DNA of 43,315 nt from an uncultured Candidatus Peribacteria bacterium (GTDB lineage: Bacteria; Patescibacteriota; Gracilibacteria; UBA4473), in contig CAYFMH010000003.1 of NCBI GenBank assembly GCA_964344165.1, forward strand, positions 1 to 43,315, given 5' to 3'. A model generated the notes under the pieces. It was not told where the DNA came from and did no database searches. It was given only the letters and a program-made list of their open reading frames with translations. Shown piece by piece: positions 10,201 through 16,508 of the stretch. Each line of letters starts with the position of its first letter. Positions within the stretch are counted from its first letter, which is position 1. A program made the translations under genes and the position numbers.

Positions 10201-12743
10201 CGATGACCTTGGCTTATCTACCGGCGGAAAAATTAATTGAAAAGATGAAAACCGATGCAAAAGCCAAACCATCAAAAAATATCAGAGATTATGCGCTCAA
10301 AAAACAAATTTTTGATATAGAGCTTCCGGCTGATAAAAGTTTGGATACACCACTTCGAAAAAACGTCTATCAAGGACTTCAAGATCGAAAAACAGTCTTG
10401 GCATCCCTCCGAGGGAGGATAGCGAGAGAAAATAAAATTCTGAAAGAATTAAGAGATCTTCCAGTGGGGGATTTTTTCCAGGATCCAGAAGTTCAGACAA
10501 TTGTAAGAACCGATCCCAATTATTTGGCCACAACCAAAAAAACTTCAACGTTGTTTGACAATGGACCGGTCTTGCTTGCGCAGGCCAATACTACCGAGGA
10601 CGAGCCCAATATCCCAGAAGTCCCCGAGACAGAGATTCCGACATCTGAAAACCCTGTGGGGAAGGGGCTGTATTTCTTTGACCATGAGAGTGGAACCTCG
10701 GGAGAGGTGATGTTTGCACCAGAAGGGAAAGTGTCTCCGCTGCTTATCGATCTGGATGGGGACCTGACTGATGAGATTGTGTACAGCATGGGGCGAACGA
10801 TTTATTTCAAAGAACGGTTTGCCAAGGCTCGAAATCCAATTCCGATCAAGAATATTGAGAAATTAGGATACAAAGAGTTCCTTAAATTTTATAACGCGAC
10901 TAGATCCCATTCGGTCCAAATAAATTCTCTCGGAGCAGATCTCAATCTCAAGCCAACAGATTCGGAGACCAAATATTTTGAGTGGATACATACAGATCGA
11001 CCCGATTATTTCTTTGAATTCTCAGAAAAACCAGAAAATCGGAAATCAAAAATCTGGCATCGGACGGCTCTGCAGATTCGTGAGCAAATTTCAAATGCTA
11101 AAGCTCGAAAAACGATCGCCCATATCAAATCCATGAGCGGAAAACCAAAACTTGTCCTACCGCCAACTGAAAAAATACAAAAATTTAAATCGGCGTTTTG
11201 TGAGGATTCGAAATATCAAAAGCCTATTTTTATGGAAGCGACGACTTTTATCGCCAAACGAGACGCTCAGATCCAGCTCAAGTGGATCAGCAGAAGCAAT
11301 GAACGACAAAAAATATATCTCGAAAAAGGGCAAGAAATTCAGTTGTCTGGGGTGGAGGTATGTGTGACGGATGGAGAGCTTCTTCGATTAAAAAGAGGGT
11401 CTGGAGAAATAGTAGAAGAAATTGATCGAGATCAGTTTTTGACGGCTCCATTTACACTCGAGTTAGCGCCAGCGGACCAATTGTTATTAGAATTTTTTGA
11501 CGGCTCCCTGGTAACCGTCTGGGGTGGAGAGAATTATGAGCTTCATCAGGTGCAGGATGCCGAGTCAATCCATCACTTCCAGGCACTTCCACAAAAAAAT
11601 CATTATGGATTCCTCAGCGGCCGAAAAGGCCAGGACCTGAGTTCGATCCAGCATAAATTACTACTTGATCCACAGGTTCCTGATGACCGGGAACCACCTC
11701 AAATTTCAATTGTGGGAGGGTTTGAACACATTGGTATGGTAGGACAAAAAATAGTAATCAATGCTAGCCCAACAACAGATAATGGACAGATTACACGAGT
11801 CTGGTGGGATCTCAATGCCAAGCAGGATCGGGATGGAGATGGAGATCCGGATAATGATCAAGATTTTCCGCCAGTAGATAAAGAATTTCCTCCAGTAGAA
11901 CTACTAGTCGTAAAACTACCGCCCAAGAAAGCGGTGGAAAAATACCAGGTGGTACTGCATGTGGAGGATGCTTCAGGGAACCATTCTCAAGAAACTTTAG
12001 ACATTTCTGTGGAAGTCCCAGATCTTGAGTTGCAGGTGGCGTCTGTCGACGATCATCGGCTGAAGGGAGTGATCAAAAACAAATTTGCCAACATCCCGAT
12101 CTGGTTTAATCGGAAACGAAAAGGATACGAACTGCTGGTCCGCAAAGATCCGGTTCACTCGGATAAGGATGGGGTTTTTCAGATCGATAATCTGAGCACC
12201 GAAGGAGGCCTGGAAATCATTGAAAAAAAGACCGATAAGGTGGTCGTAGAAATTCTCGAAACGGGTCGACCAGTGATCTATGATAATCGATTTGGATTTA
12301 GTGTGCAGCCAGCGACTGAGATGCATCCGATGAGGATTCGGATTCGTGATCGGAAGAATCAGCCGGTGATGACGCTGGATTTTGAGGCTAATGGAGACAA
12401 GCGGGTGAAGCTGCTCTCCGAAATGGAAAAAATAAATTTGTATGGAAATGATCTGCCCGTACAGGTACTCGATAAATCCTCAAAAGACCGCTACCGGTTT
12501 CAGGAATTCCCAGAGACGACAACTTTATCCGGTCACATTGCTCTGATTGACACAAAAAAATATGAGACGCTGGGCGTCATCGATCCGAGAGGGGATTTGT
12601 ATTTGGTCGAAGACAGTGGGATTTCTCTGGGTATCAAAAAAACCACTTTAGACACGGAGCCAGTGGTGTTTGAAATTTTTGGGAATGAAGATTTGATTGG
12701 GGAGTTGTTTGTACCGGTGGTGGGGGAGTTGGAGGTGCGGTGA
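1275..12743 (+). CDS. giant secreted/cell-surface multi-domain protein (3,822 aa)
   Basis: Uninterrupted 11,469-nt frame ending in TGA. The N-terminus is signal-peptide-like (KKLLSCVCIWAVLLPFLAKPVEA). An in-frame TTG at 1419 would give a cleaner start than the ATG at 1275. Recognisable modules: repeated ~95-aa Ig-like units (nt ~3780-5330; PIPIEVQIRNKRGD, FVPVSVQITDKHGN, ILIDVKAVDRFGN); FG-GAP/VCBS-like DVNGDGILDLL and LNGDRFLDLAF (nt ~6350-6810); TSP3-like DEDQDADGIPDSHD (nt ~7620-7680); hydrophobic helices (nt ~9125-9250 and ~9695-9760); a Pro-rich linker; a K/E coiled coil; and a PKD-like unit with DRDGDGDPDNDQD (nt ~11690-12020). Confidence 0.9.
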   Translation: MLLNKINKYYYSYARRIKKEGVFWIYKIAAGIFLPQATEHGTCILNRRLKKLLSCVCIWAVLLPFLAKPVEAFLDPDPQLPKNLNEVPMAENTKLVAFLVGKDLLSHKDVADRIEQYGQDVQRDLQARVVQIPISYDASPLEIYEGLSHLYFSGLHSDGKSQLIGTVLIGEVPLPVVEKNGNTWPTVFPYTDFEDPMYQWNEAQNQFVAEGRGQEPEIWHGVIRSGTDGRKAQLQELEAYFDRNHAAREGDVQYAKKVFWANFVQQKEMLSEFALNNYKRWIKYAEDISYLRYNKKLLKKLTDEVALERQATADLYKMDSDKEGNETFNAMLDDIYTPIDPEAMEDLPDIQVKELAESFLMRYQEVYKNWGSLVSGAVNKSGRWTADDLDATATLLSRKDEYSIIILRALNDQWEQVLIEKLEAENIPETIGVSVGETLLVQETDENGDLVYDDTALPIIQPVMEEVEKPLYWNGVKRADMDVEDCSLIRGSKVGDRTPFAQMVDMNRVFNDETEGDCAADDASTTEKNEDLYEGCCATNKVETNGELDYVRCDLGSEWDVVDNEPVHYGAEKEVFDYNGGREIVLPQGAEGCEEIIQWDGGENTFSSLMVHDEPRPATLMAQVKNGGANLLPVDDPRGVSYYDHGKNFRRIAFPNIFDYRDPTGKVLSSAALKSVIIEMLHEKIREINQGVLADKTASGTLLREDLLDEVIEKVGWDKIYESLTWIDKDIAEKNRIILEKNFAPKEERGDFLLDEEAEGYELLEIVSEGHPTRGIKMAFSADSDRGDAEYLAVLDSLLGFKFDEPPIVKLDELDSSVSKSEKKSKKPVPSFLKKPAQLVVSPDEIRVAANDPAPIPIEVQIRNKRGDVMIEDFETKVRLNFSHREVGKFFTILPAQERHVRAGVAKFTLIPKVAENVGGVFSFTASTEDLETEPMKLEVVRYGLKILPPLESVSARMPGGALFQVQVLDLEQKLSNRWDGRIMKFQSEFGDFEGGQLAAIQDGVAKIRFYPYKKAGRASITVSDIDDELPIKMYEFDIFPGKPALLKLETPSPQLIKDGEFVPVSVQITDKHGNSIDQVRHTLNWDFDPERFEVRNFKARDQDANTSGMQEFLREGDSRIFLQAKKKTHSMRIEVTSDILPPDRGQSFSYKVIESPYFDIKVDQDFAFVGSEEPVKVTVWGKDAKGRKLEGEFDINVTPFPVDTAFFPSQFKIQNGRGEFEFFAGTKPGKIQVSIHKPGFETREFEFAVVPEPAKKIILSTEKKSIDVETLHPILIDVKAVDRFGNVVQTNETVSVRLTEDTEHLLKLEKGSVTLKNGKGVIKAWTQGKLGNPHLIAEREGVIPDVLELQIWNYFSVEDLIKLSPKSFLSLILGFGAGDARYEGNFANRFLFTGDTQAVGTLIADPEPGKKQASFSPAGFVSGQVKMGFLSGKFPEVALFTTGKDEELAAKVRFLYKQNVELFLNKKMKLQQGVYFDSATERGVNPRDISGVNDSGIKVKDNIVHYEGNPIFQLTEKGGILIDSDQVSIQPTKNFRIWQVFFDKQLLGSLEYVTGSAWEVVEKFVPEGASRIQLKSLKPGLEFDQIFIGNSTHTEKGWALIDTNKKEIDDKKLGSLKESAEDAIRTETVGWSGNWKIASLFASENTIGDSARSGSSDAFILLGDPTLSLPPAAEDDRGFGFKRNLGTPIWSSPDDPVDQLIAGDVNGDGILDLLPRVEDKLYVLYQSQNPLARTETREREKDYQLDPNFRDGGPILRFADGVKSLIDFDNDQDGYVELIQLNEDGKLILHENTAGVFSREVLDLGGLEENIEILKSGELNGDRFLDLAFVTPDNDLYVAFGHKEGFFRAQKFDNFAPDFQEIEEEFKPLDEEVAKLDSNSPENPYPQLSSLLVSFAGMETEDENIAESDKLVEFATGEGGTLSARPFMPVIQNERFETTFTAKIDKETNKIQKGDKIQVAFTIRPNGHITDFEFQPAQDDRLELVPGSVKCTGCRGHLKLRPIPGNGLFWAYGIELPKAHTAKITWRLRAKSVPVIDFFIGDFEDGADDIDDIAIPWTGTDGEERMIEYLSSEQPDITGLRAGNIGGSIIAFNPKQRISPNLPPEETISSEEYDPVADEDQDADGIPDSHDHYPHVPNEPNLNYAQKYLKNLKWNLPQCGGGECNSVTAAWVEPPEEAPGLMNDFYHTVFPKPVSLDPIPGFPDVCKPPKVPPICWQSTYRKYIMPLSNGKVGEASCSGVKTAYMKPPIKAGGYSQTVRGGAGGGRIDTYFDIAPDYLLRSIERGNDLYIDDIKVLTIDSGGGVTTHNRTRIGTGTRSSWGSNAAGVSYVGGEEKNPVYWKGRLIGWLGKVSIAPRGGETINGQIWKRKWKPNCKLKDIPPVPRGICPKGDPGKKLLLASAANIDQGSRASLFNVSGQRIINGVFTMKVANEKNIVTGGDDVGTLWLQDQVREIGANASLASLSVQFPSWLRHYLRYSVPPDFLTDRGGIVDLTFAALSNIPFLEVKVKNISIPYAEFTREEISRWERYYEQWLERAPSLGFTSAEIQQHRQAFDHNKEVINKYSATIIDEYYNLRIRQERLLVGLIDNLEILSEYLDTWVASVEAGLDMWYKAEQMLLATLATWQSAIVDPFLGFAVGCRTCVLDRGTLLPWLLRVFVDVYEDQGLPYGWMPYPVVEIERVPDVKIDYSNIVPTFSVEILNPVMKPMELTLFELFPLPAEEGKAPPEVFQLPNYETPELDIPPPLDFKLPKLLQAPTQRQPLISLRAKQAFQSKPIPSPPISKKLAEKLDEAPMPAIPEPPQIPDLLGPMSTIVGPLFGVMGFFCDLRQNFLIVSEWYLKPHTEQIGNRESVHRSHPWDDWHWLHHQHIGTLGRPHRLMNKEDYVTASLGFLFPSKTITMQGLEDVGTVLSKFVDNVVVRKRDKTGDHSKVIPPVPGAEIEALLEQEKREKQERLEGIRKKEFDRKKEEESDATMTLAYLPAEKLIEKMKTDAKAKPSKNIRDYALKKQIFDIELPADKSLDTPLRKNVYQGLQDRKTVLASLRGRIARENKILKELRDLPVGDFFQDPEVQTIVRTDPNYLATTKKTSTLFDNGPVLLAQANTTEDEPNIPEVPETEIPTSENPVGKGLYFFDHESGTSGEVMFAPEGKVSPLLIDLDGDLTDEIVYSMGRTIYFKERFAKARNPIPIKNIEKLGYKEFLKFYNATRSHSVQINSLGADLNLKPTDSETKYFEWIHTDRPDYFFEFSEKPENRKSKIWHRTALQIREQISNAKARKTIAHIKSMSGKPKLVLPPTEKIQKFKSAFCEDSKYQKPIFMEATTFIAKRDAQIQLKWISRSNERQKIYLEKGQEIQLSGVEVCVTDGELLRLKRGSGEIVEEIDRDQFLTAPFTLELAPADQLLLEFFDGSLVTVWGGENYELHQVQDAESIHHFQALPQKNHYGFLSGRKGQDLSSIQHKLLLDPQVPDDREPPQISIVGGFEHIGMVGQKIVINASPTTDNGQITRVWWDLNAKQDRDGDGDPDNDQDFPPVDKEFPPVELLVVKLPPKKAVEKYQVVLHVEDASGNHSQETLDISVEVPDLELQVASVDDHRLKGVIKNKFANIPIWFNRKRKGYELLVRKDPVHSDKDGVFQIDNLSTEGGLEIIEKKTDKVVVEILETGRPVIYDNRFGFSVQPATEMHPMRIRIRDRKNQPVMTLDFEANGDKRVKLLSEMEKINLYGNDLPVQVLDKSSKDRYRFQEFPETTTLSGHIALIDTKKYETLGVIDPRGDLYLVEDSGISLGIKKTTLDTEPVVFEIFGNEDLIGELFVPVVGELEVR

Positions 12744-12754
12744 AAATAAATCTT

Positions 12755-12782
12755 CAATTATCAATGATCAATGAACAAATTA
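12755..12782 (+). repeat. tandem heptamer array (CAATKAW)x4
   Basis: caattat|caatgat|caatgaa|caaatta, starting 12 nt after the giant ORF stop. Confidence 0.9.
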
Positions 12783-12889
12783 TTTTTGTGTACCAAAAAA
12801 CAAGCCTATTCCTACAAGGGGGATATGCCCATTTGGTGTGAGTTTGAGTGATTAGAAGAGAGGGATAAAAATTTCTGATGAAATTTTTA

Positions 12890-13311
12890 TGGTGGAGGTG
12901 GCGAGTATCGAACTCGCGTCCGAAGAGGAAACCTATTTTCTTCTACGCTCATAGTTTGATTTGTTTAAGACAGATCCTGAAAACCAAACAAAAAAGATCC
13001 GAATTTTATCCAAGGATGTCCTTTTGAAGCGGATAAATTTTCAAAAGTAAGGTGCTAAGTTGGACGCATGAGTTTCACACCAAACTCATGGTCACTTGCG
13101 AGCAAAAAGCTCAAGCAAGGTTTATCTTATGCAAAAGCGTAAGCTCCTTGTGGTGCTGGAGCGAAAAGTCGCCCTAGTCCAGCAAAAAGTCGTTTTGCGT
13201 TATAATTTGCAGTTGCAATTATAGTTTGCATCATGGATCTACCGGCGATGATGCCCGCCGTGAACGCCAAAAATAAATTTCTATTCTCCCCGTCAAAGCC
13301 AAGTCACCCCC
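12890..13311 (-). ncRNA. ssrA: tmRNA (SsrA), one-piece
   Basis: The minus strand starts GGGGGTGACTTGGCTTTGACGGGG and ends GCGAGTTCGATACTCGC-CACCTCC-A-CCA. This gives a T-arm (GCGAG/CTCGC, loop TTCGATA) and a 7-bp acceptor stem GGGGGUG/CACCUCC with G3:U, the alanine identity pair. The internal tag frame ends ...GGA GCT TAC GCT TTT GCA TAA at 13129-13127. The likely resume codon is GCA at 13210-13208, giving the tag ANYNAKRLFAGLGRLFAPAPQGAYAFA. The resume codon is uncertain. Confidence 0.85.
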
Positions 13312-13375
13312 TCGTCGAAGACGACTGCATACTTACGGTAATTTTTTTCAAAAATTTACTCCAGTATTTCGTAGT

Positions 13376-13435
13376 CTTCTCCTCTCAAAATTCAATCTGT
13401 CCTTGTCTTTTAACTTTATAGATTAAATTTTGGGG
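13376..13435 (+). repeat. tRNA/tmRNA-flank repeat, copy A
   Basis: cttctcctctcaaaattcaatctgtcc...tagattaaattttgggg. Aligns with 36045-36102, and partially with 35851-35893 and 35632-35645. Confidence 0.8.
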
Positions 13436-13439
13436 TTTT

Positions 13440-13467
13440 CTAAAAACTAATAACTAAGAACTAAAAA
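13440..13467 (+). repeat. tandem heptamer array (CTAANAA)x4
   Basis: ctaaaaa|ctaataa|ctaagaa|ctaaaaa. Confidence 0.9.
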
Positions 13468-13501
13468 ATAATTATTTCCCCGTCATGTAAAAGACCTTCT
13501 T

Positions 13502-13536
13502 CTAAAAACTAAGAACTAACCACTAAGAACTAAAAT
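13502..13536 (+). repeat. tandem heptamer array (CTAANNA)x5
   Basis: ctaaaaa|ctaagaa|ctaacca|ctaagaa|ctaaaat. The first 25 nt are identical to the array at 26676. Confidence 0.9.
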
Positions 13537-13550
13537 TATTATACTCAAAT

Positions 13551-15545
13551 CTACTTCTCTGTCAATTTAACTGTCTCGGGAAGGCTTTTTATAATTTTCA
13601 TGACATCTTTGTATTCTGGGTCTCCGGTACATTCTATGCTGTAATCCCAGTAGGCAAGATTGGTGTTTTTGTCTACTTGGAAATTCGATTGAAGGATATT
13701 TATTCCATGATCAGCGATAATTTTTGAGATATCTTTGAGCAGTCCCACTCGATCTTTGAAGGTCGCTTCGAAGAATTTTTCTATCTGGAAGTGAGCCTCG
13801 AGAAATCGTTCTGGTTCGAGCTGGTCCAGTTGCTTACAGTCAGCCTCGTGAACTGAAAAATCAAGACCTCTGGTTTTGTAAGCAATTATATCTTTTCCTA
13901 GTTTTGGTTTGCAACAAGAAACAAATCGGTAGGGGAGGTTTCTTTCTCCTCCGATTACGATTTCTGGTTTTGATTTTGATCCAGTGATGAATCTTTCTAG
14001 TTTTTGAAAAAATCTTGGTCTTGGTTTTTCTCTTTCTTCTTGCTTTTTTTGTTCTTGTTCGGGGGCGGTACTAGGTGTTTTTTGTTTATTGAGGTAGTTT
14101 TTTATTTTTCCTATTGTTCGTGAAGATTGGACGAAGTTTAGCCAAGCTGGGTTTGGATTTCGGCCTTTTTGAGTAAGGATTTCTACGACAGACCCATTTG
14201 AAAGTCTATAATCAAGCGGTTTAATAATTCCATCTACTTTTGCTCCGACGCAGTTATTTCCAATATCAGTATGGATGCTGTAGGCAAAGTCTATTGGAGT
14301 GGAATTTTCAGGAAGCGTCACGATTTCTCCCTTTGGGGTAAAAACATAAATTCTGCTTTCAAGGATGGACTGAGATATTTTTTCATAAGATTTTTCGGCA
14401 GAATCTTCCTCCTCTAATTCTATCTGAGGAAACCAATCCATCCTTTTGACATAGTCTGTGTCGAAGTTGGAATGTCTGGCGTGTTTGTAAGCCCAGTGGG
14501 CCGCTGGTCCGTACTCTGCATCCTGGTGCATTTCAACTGTTTTTATTTGGATTTCGAGTGGAGCTTTTCCAAACCCCAAGATAGTGGTGTGCAGGCTTTG
14601 GTATCCATTTGGTTTTGGGATAGAGATATAGTCCTTAAACCGTTTGGGGATGGGATGCCAGTTGGAATGGATCACTCCAAGGGTTCGATAACAATCAGAA
14701 GAATTATTGACGAGGATCCGGATCGCAAAAAGATCAAAAACTTCAGAAACAGAAGAAAATCCTTTCCGTTTCATTTTCGTATAGATAGAGTAGAGATTTT
14801 TTGGTCTTCCTTGGATTTCTGCTACTTCAATATTTTCTGCTTCTAAAACTTGGCTTATTTCTTCCTTTGCTTTTTCGATAAAAGTATGTTGTTCTTTTCG
14901 AGAGGCAACGACCTCATCAGACACTTTTTGATAGCTATCTTTGTAGAGATGTTTAAAACTATAGTCTTCGATCTGGGTTTTGAATTCAAAAAGTCCCAGT
15001 TTGGCTGCCACTGGGGCATAAACTTCTAGAGATTCTTTGGCGATCCTTTTTTGTTTGTGTTCGGGGACGTATTCGAGCGTCGAGAGGTTGTGGATTCGGT
15101 CAGCGAGTTTGATAAAAACTACTCGAATATCTTTGGCCATAGCTACAAAAAGCTTTCTAATATTTTCTAGTTCTCTTTCTGGGCCTTTTAATTGAACTTT
15201 TGAGACATTAGATACCCCTTCTACTAAAAAAAGAACCTCGGCCCCAAATTCTCTTTTGATATCTTCCTCAGTGGCATCAGTATCATCGAGGACGTCATGG
15301 AGGAGGCATGCTTGGATGGTTTCAATATCTGGTTTGATTGGGAAAAGATTTTCCGTCGCTTTTACCGGGTGGATGAAGTATGGTTCTCCCGAAAACCTTT
15401 TTTGCCCCGCGTGCTTGTCATATCCATACCAAAACGCTTTTTTAATCTTCTTTTTTTCTACTTCTCCAAACTCAGGATAGTATTCTTGAGCTTTTTTTAG
15501 GGTGAATTCAAGAAGTGCTTCGAAATCATGAACAGCAAATCCCAT
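13551..15545 (-). CDS. rel: bifunctional (p)ppGpp synthetase/hydrolase, long RSH (Rel/SpoT)
   Basis: HD hydrolase motifs: HAGQKRFSGEPYFIHP, LLHDVLDDT, IKLADRIHNLSTL. Synthetase motifs: GRPKNLYSIYTKMKRKG, DLFAIRILV, PKPNGYQSLHTTI, LEIQIKTVEMHQDAEYGPAAHWAYK. TGS domain: IYVFTPKGEIVTLPENSTPIDFAYSIHTDIG. ACT-like C-terminus. The ORF-track start at 15599 is a TTG, so I prefer the ATG at 15545 (MGFAVHDF...). Confidence 0.9.
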   Translation of the reverse strand: MGFAVHDFEALLEFTLKKAQEYYPEFGEVEKKKIKKAFWYGYDKHAGQKRFSGEPYFIHPVKATENLFPIKPDIETIQACLLHDVLDDTDATEEDIKREFGAEVLFLVEGVSNVSKVQLKGPERELENIRKLFVAMAKDIRVVFIKLADRIHNLSTLEYVPEHKQKRIAKESLEVYAPVAAKLGLFEFKTQIEDYSFKHLYKDSYQKVSDEVVASRKEQHTFIEKAKEEISQVLEAENIEVAEIQGRPKNLYSIYTKMKRKGFSSVSEVFDLFAIRILVNNSSDCYRTLGVIHSNWHPIPKRFKDYISIPKPNGYQSLHTTILGFGKAPLEIQIKTVEMHQDAEYGPAAHWAYKHARHSNFDTDYVKRMDWFPQIELEEEDSAEKSYEKISQSILESRIYVFTPKGEIVTLPENSTPIDFAYSIHTDIGNNCVGAKVDGIIKPLDYRLSNGSVVEILTQKGRNPNPAWLNFVQSSRTIGKIKNYLNKQKTPSTAPEQEQKKQEEREKPRPRFFQKLERFITGSKSKPEIVIGGERNLPYRFVSCCKPKLGKDIIAYKTRGLDFSVHEADCKQLDQLEPERFLEAHFQIEKFFEATFKDRVGLLKDISKIIADHGINILQSNFQVDKNTNLAYWDYSIECTGDPEYKDVMKIIKSLPETVKLTEK

Positions 15546-15677
15546 TTTTGTATTGATTTTCCTATGAGGATGAATAGTACTCGAGGGGATAAAAGTCAAT
15601 TTATTTATTTAATCCGAATCACGAAATTCGGTTTTCTTCATAAGAAAGGGAAAAAATAAAGTTTATGCTGTAGATAG

Positions 15678-15720
15678 CTTTCCCCCTTCGTCCCGAGTCT
15701 TCAGGACTACGGCGGACGGG
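15678..15720 (+). repeat. GC-rich hairpin element, copy 1
   Basis: ctttcccccttcgtcccgagtcttcaggactacggcggacggg. Matches the reverse complement of 37056-37099 at 37 of 44 aligned positions (hand count). Confidence 0.85.
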
Positions 15721-15838
15721 CTGGAAAATTAAGCCAATTCTCTGTTGAATCTTCGCAAAAATGCGATTTTATTTGAATTCAGTAAAAAGGCTTGTTTTTC
15801 GTTAAAAAATAGTTTATAGCCAGGATATTAATCAAAAA

Positions 15839-16456
15839 ATGTCTTTTAGGAGCTTAATAGCGGATTTTATTGAGTGTTGTCCTCATATAAATATGAGGAA
15901 GGTAGAGTATGCTTATCTTTTTGCCAAGGAAGTACACGAAGGACAAAAACGAAGATCTGGTGAGCCCTATATTATTCATCCTGTGGAAGTGGCAAGGATT
16001 GTTTGTAAAGCCGGGGGAGACGAAAACATGATCATTGCAGCCTTACTTCATGATGTGATCGAAGATGGCAAAGATCCAGAAAAAATCGGAAATGAGATTT
16101 ATCACCAATTTGGAGGGGATGTTTTTTATCTAGTACAGGCACTCTCAAAAGATGGGAATTATAAAGACAAAGAAATCCGGGATAAGGAAGCCTTCAATCA
16201 GCTAAAAAAGGCGGCCGAGACGGATATTTCTGTTTTTCTTATAAAATTGGCAGATTTGATTCACAATATGGGGACTATCTCTGCTCTGAAACCAGCAAAG
16301 CGAGACAAGTGGATCCAGGAACTAAAAGAGATTTACATTCCCTTTTTTGAAGATTATTTTCATCGAATTTCTTTTCATTATCATGGTATGTATCACAATC
16401 TCATGGAAGAACTTCACAAGATCGTAGAAGCGCATGAAGTAAAAGCGGGAAAATAG
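15839..16456 (+). CDS. small alarmone hydrolase-like HD-domain protein (single-domain RSH, 205 aa)
   Basis: HEGQKRRSGEPYIIHPVEVARIV, LLHDVIEDG and IKLADLIHNMGTI match the RelA/SpoT hydrolase signature. There is no synthetase, TGS or ACT part. Confidence 0.8.
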   Translation: MSFRSLIADFIECCPHINMRKVEYAYLFAKEVHEGQKRRSGEPYIIHPVEVARIVCKAGGDENMIIAALLHDVIEDGKDPEKIGNEIYHQFGGDVFYLVQALSKDGNYKDKEIRDKEAFNQLKKAAETDISVFLIKLADLIHNMGTISALKPAKRDKWIQELKEIYIPFFEDYFHRISFHYHGMYHNLMEELHKIVEAHEVKAGK

Positions 16457-16508
16457 ACTTGAAATATAGGTAAAAAGGTGCTAGGATTGAAATACTTTTT
16501 ATTGTCTT

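Noticed and set aside
12741-12743. Possible alternative genetic code (UGA recoding, as in Gracilibacteria/SR1).
   Set aside because: The giant ORF and several others terminate cleanly at TGA, and conserved proteins (GyrB, L1, L11, NusG) show no in-frame TGA. The standard bacterial code fits.
1384-12757. Many 60-200-aa ORFs in the track lie inside or antisense to the giant gene (for example 1384-1992, 5852-6322 and 6800-7186).
   Set aside because: All are nested within one continuous 11.5-kb frame that carries recognisable domains. They have low-complexity, Arg/Ser/Pro-rich translations typical of off-frame reads of a GC-richer gene.
13233-13421. 62-aa plus-strand ORF.
   Set aside because: It overlaps the 5' third of the tmRNA gene on the opposite strand, and its translation is not protein-like.
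13440-13541. Short direct repeats, which might have been a CRISPR array.
   Set aside because: The units are 7 nt and contiguous, with no spacers. There are no 24-40-nt repeats with unique spacers, and no cas genes anywhere in the window.
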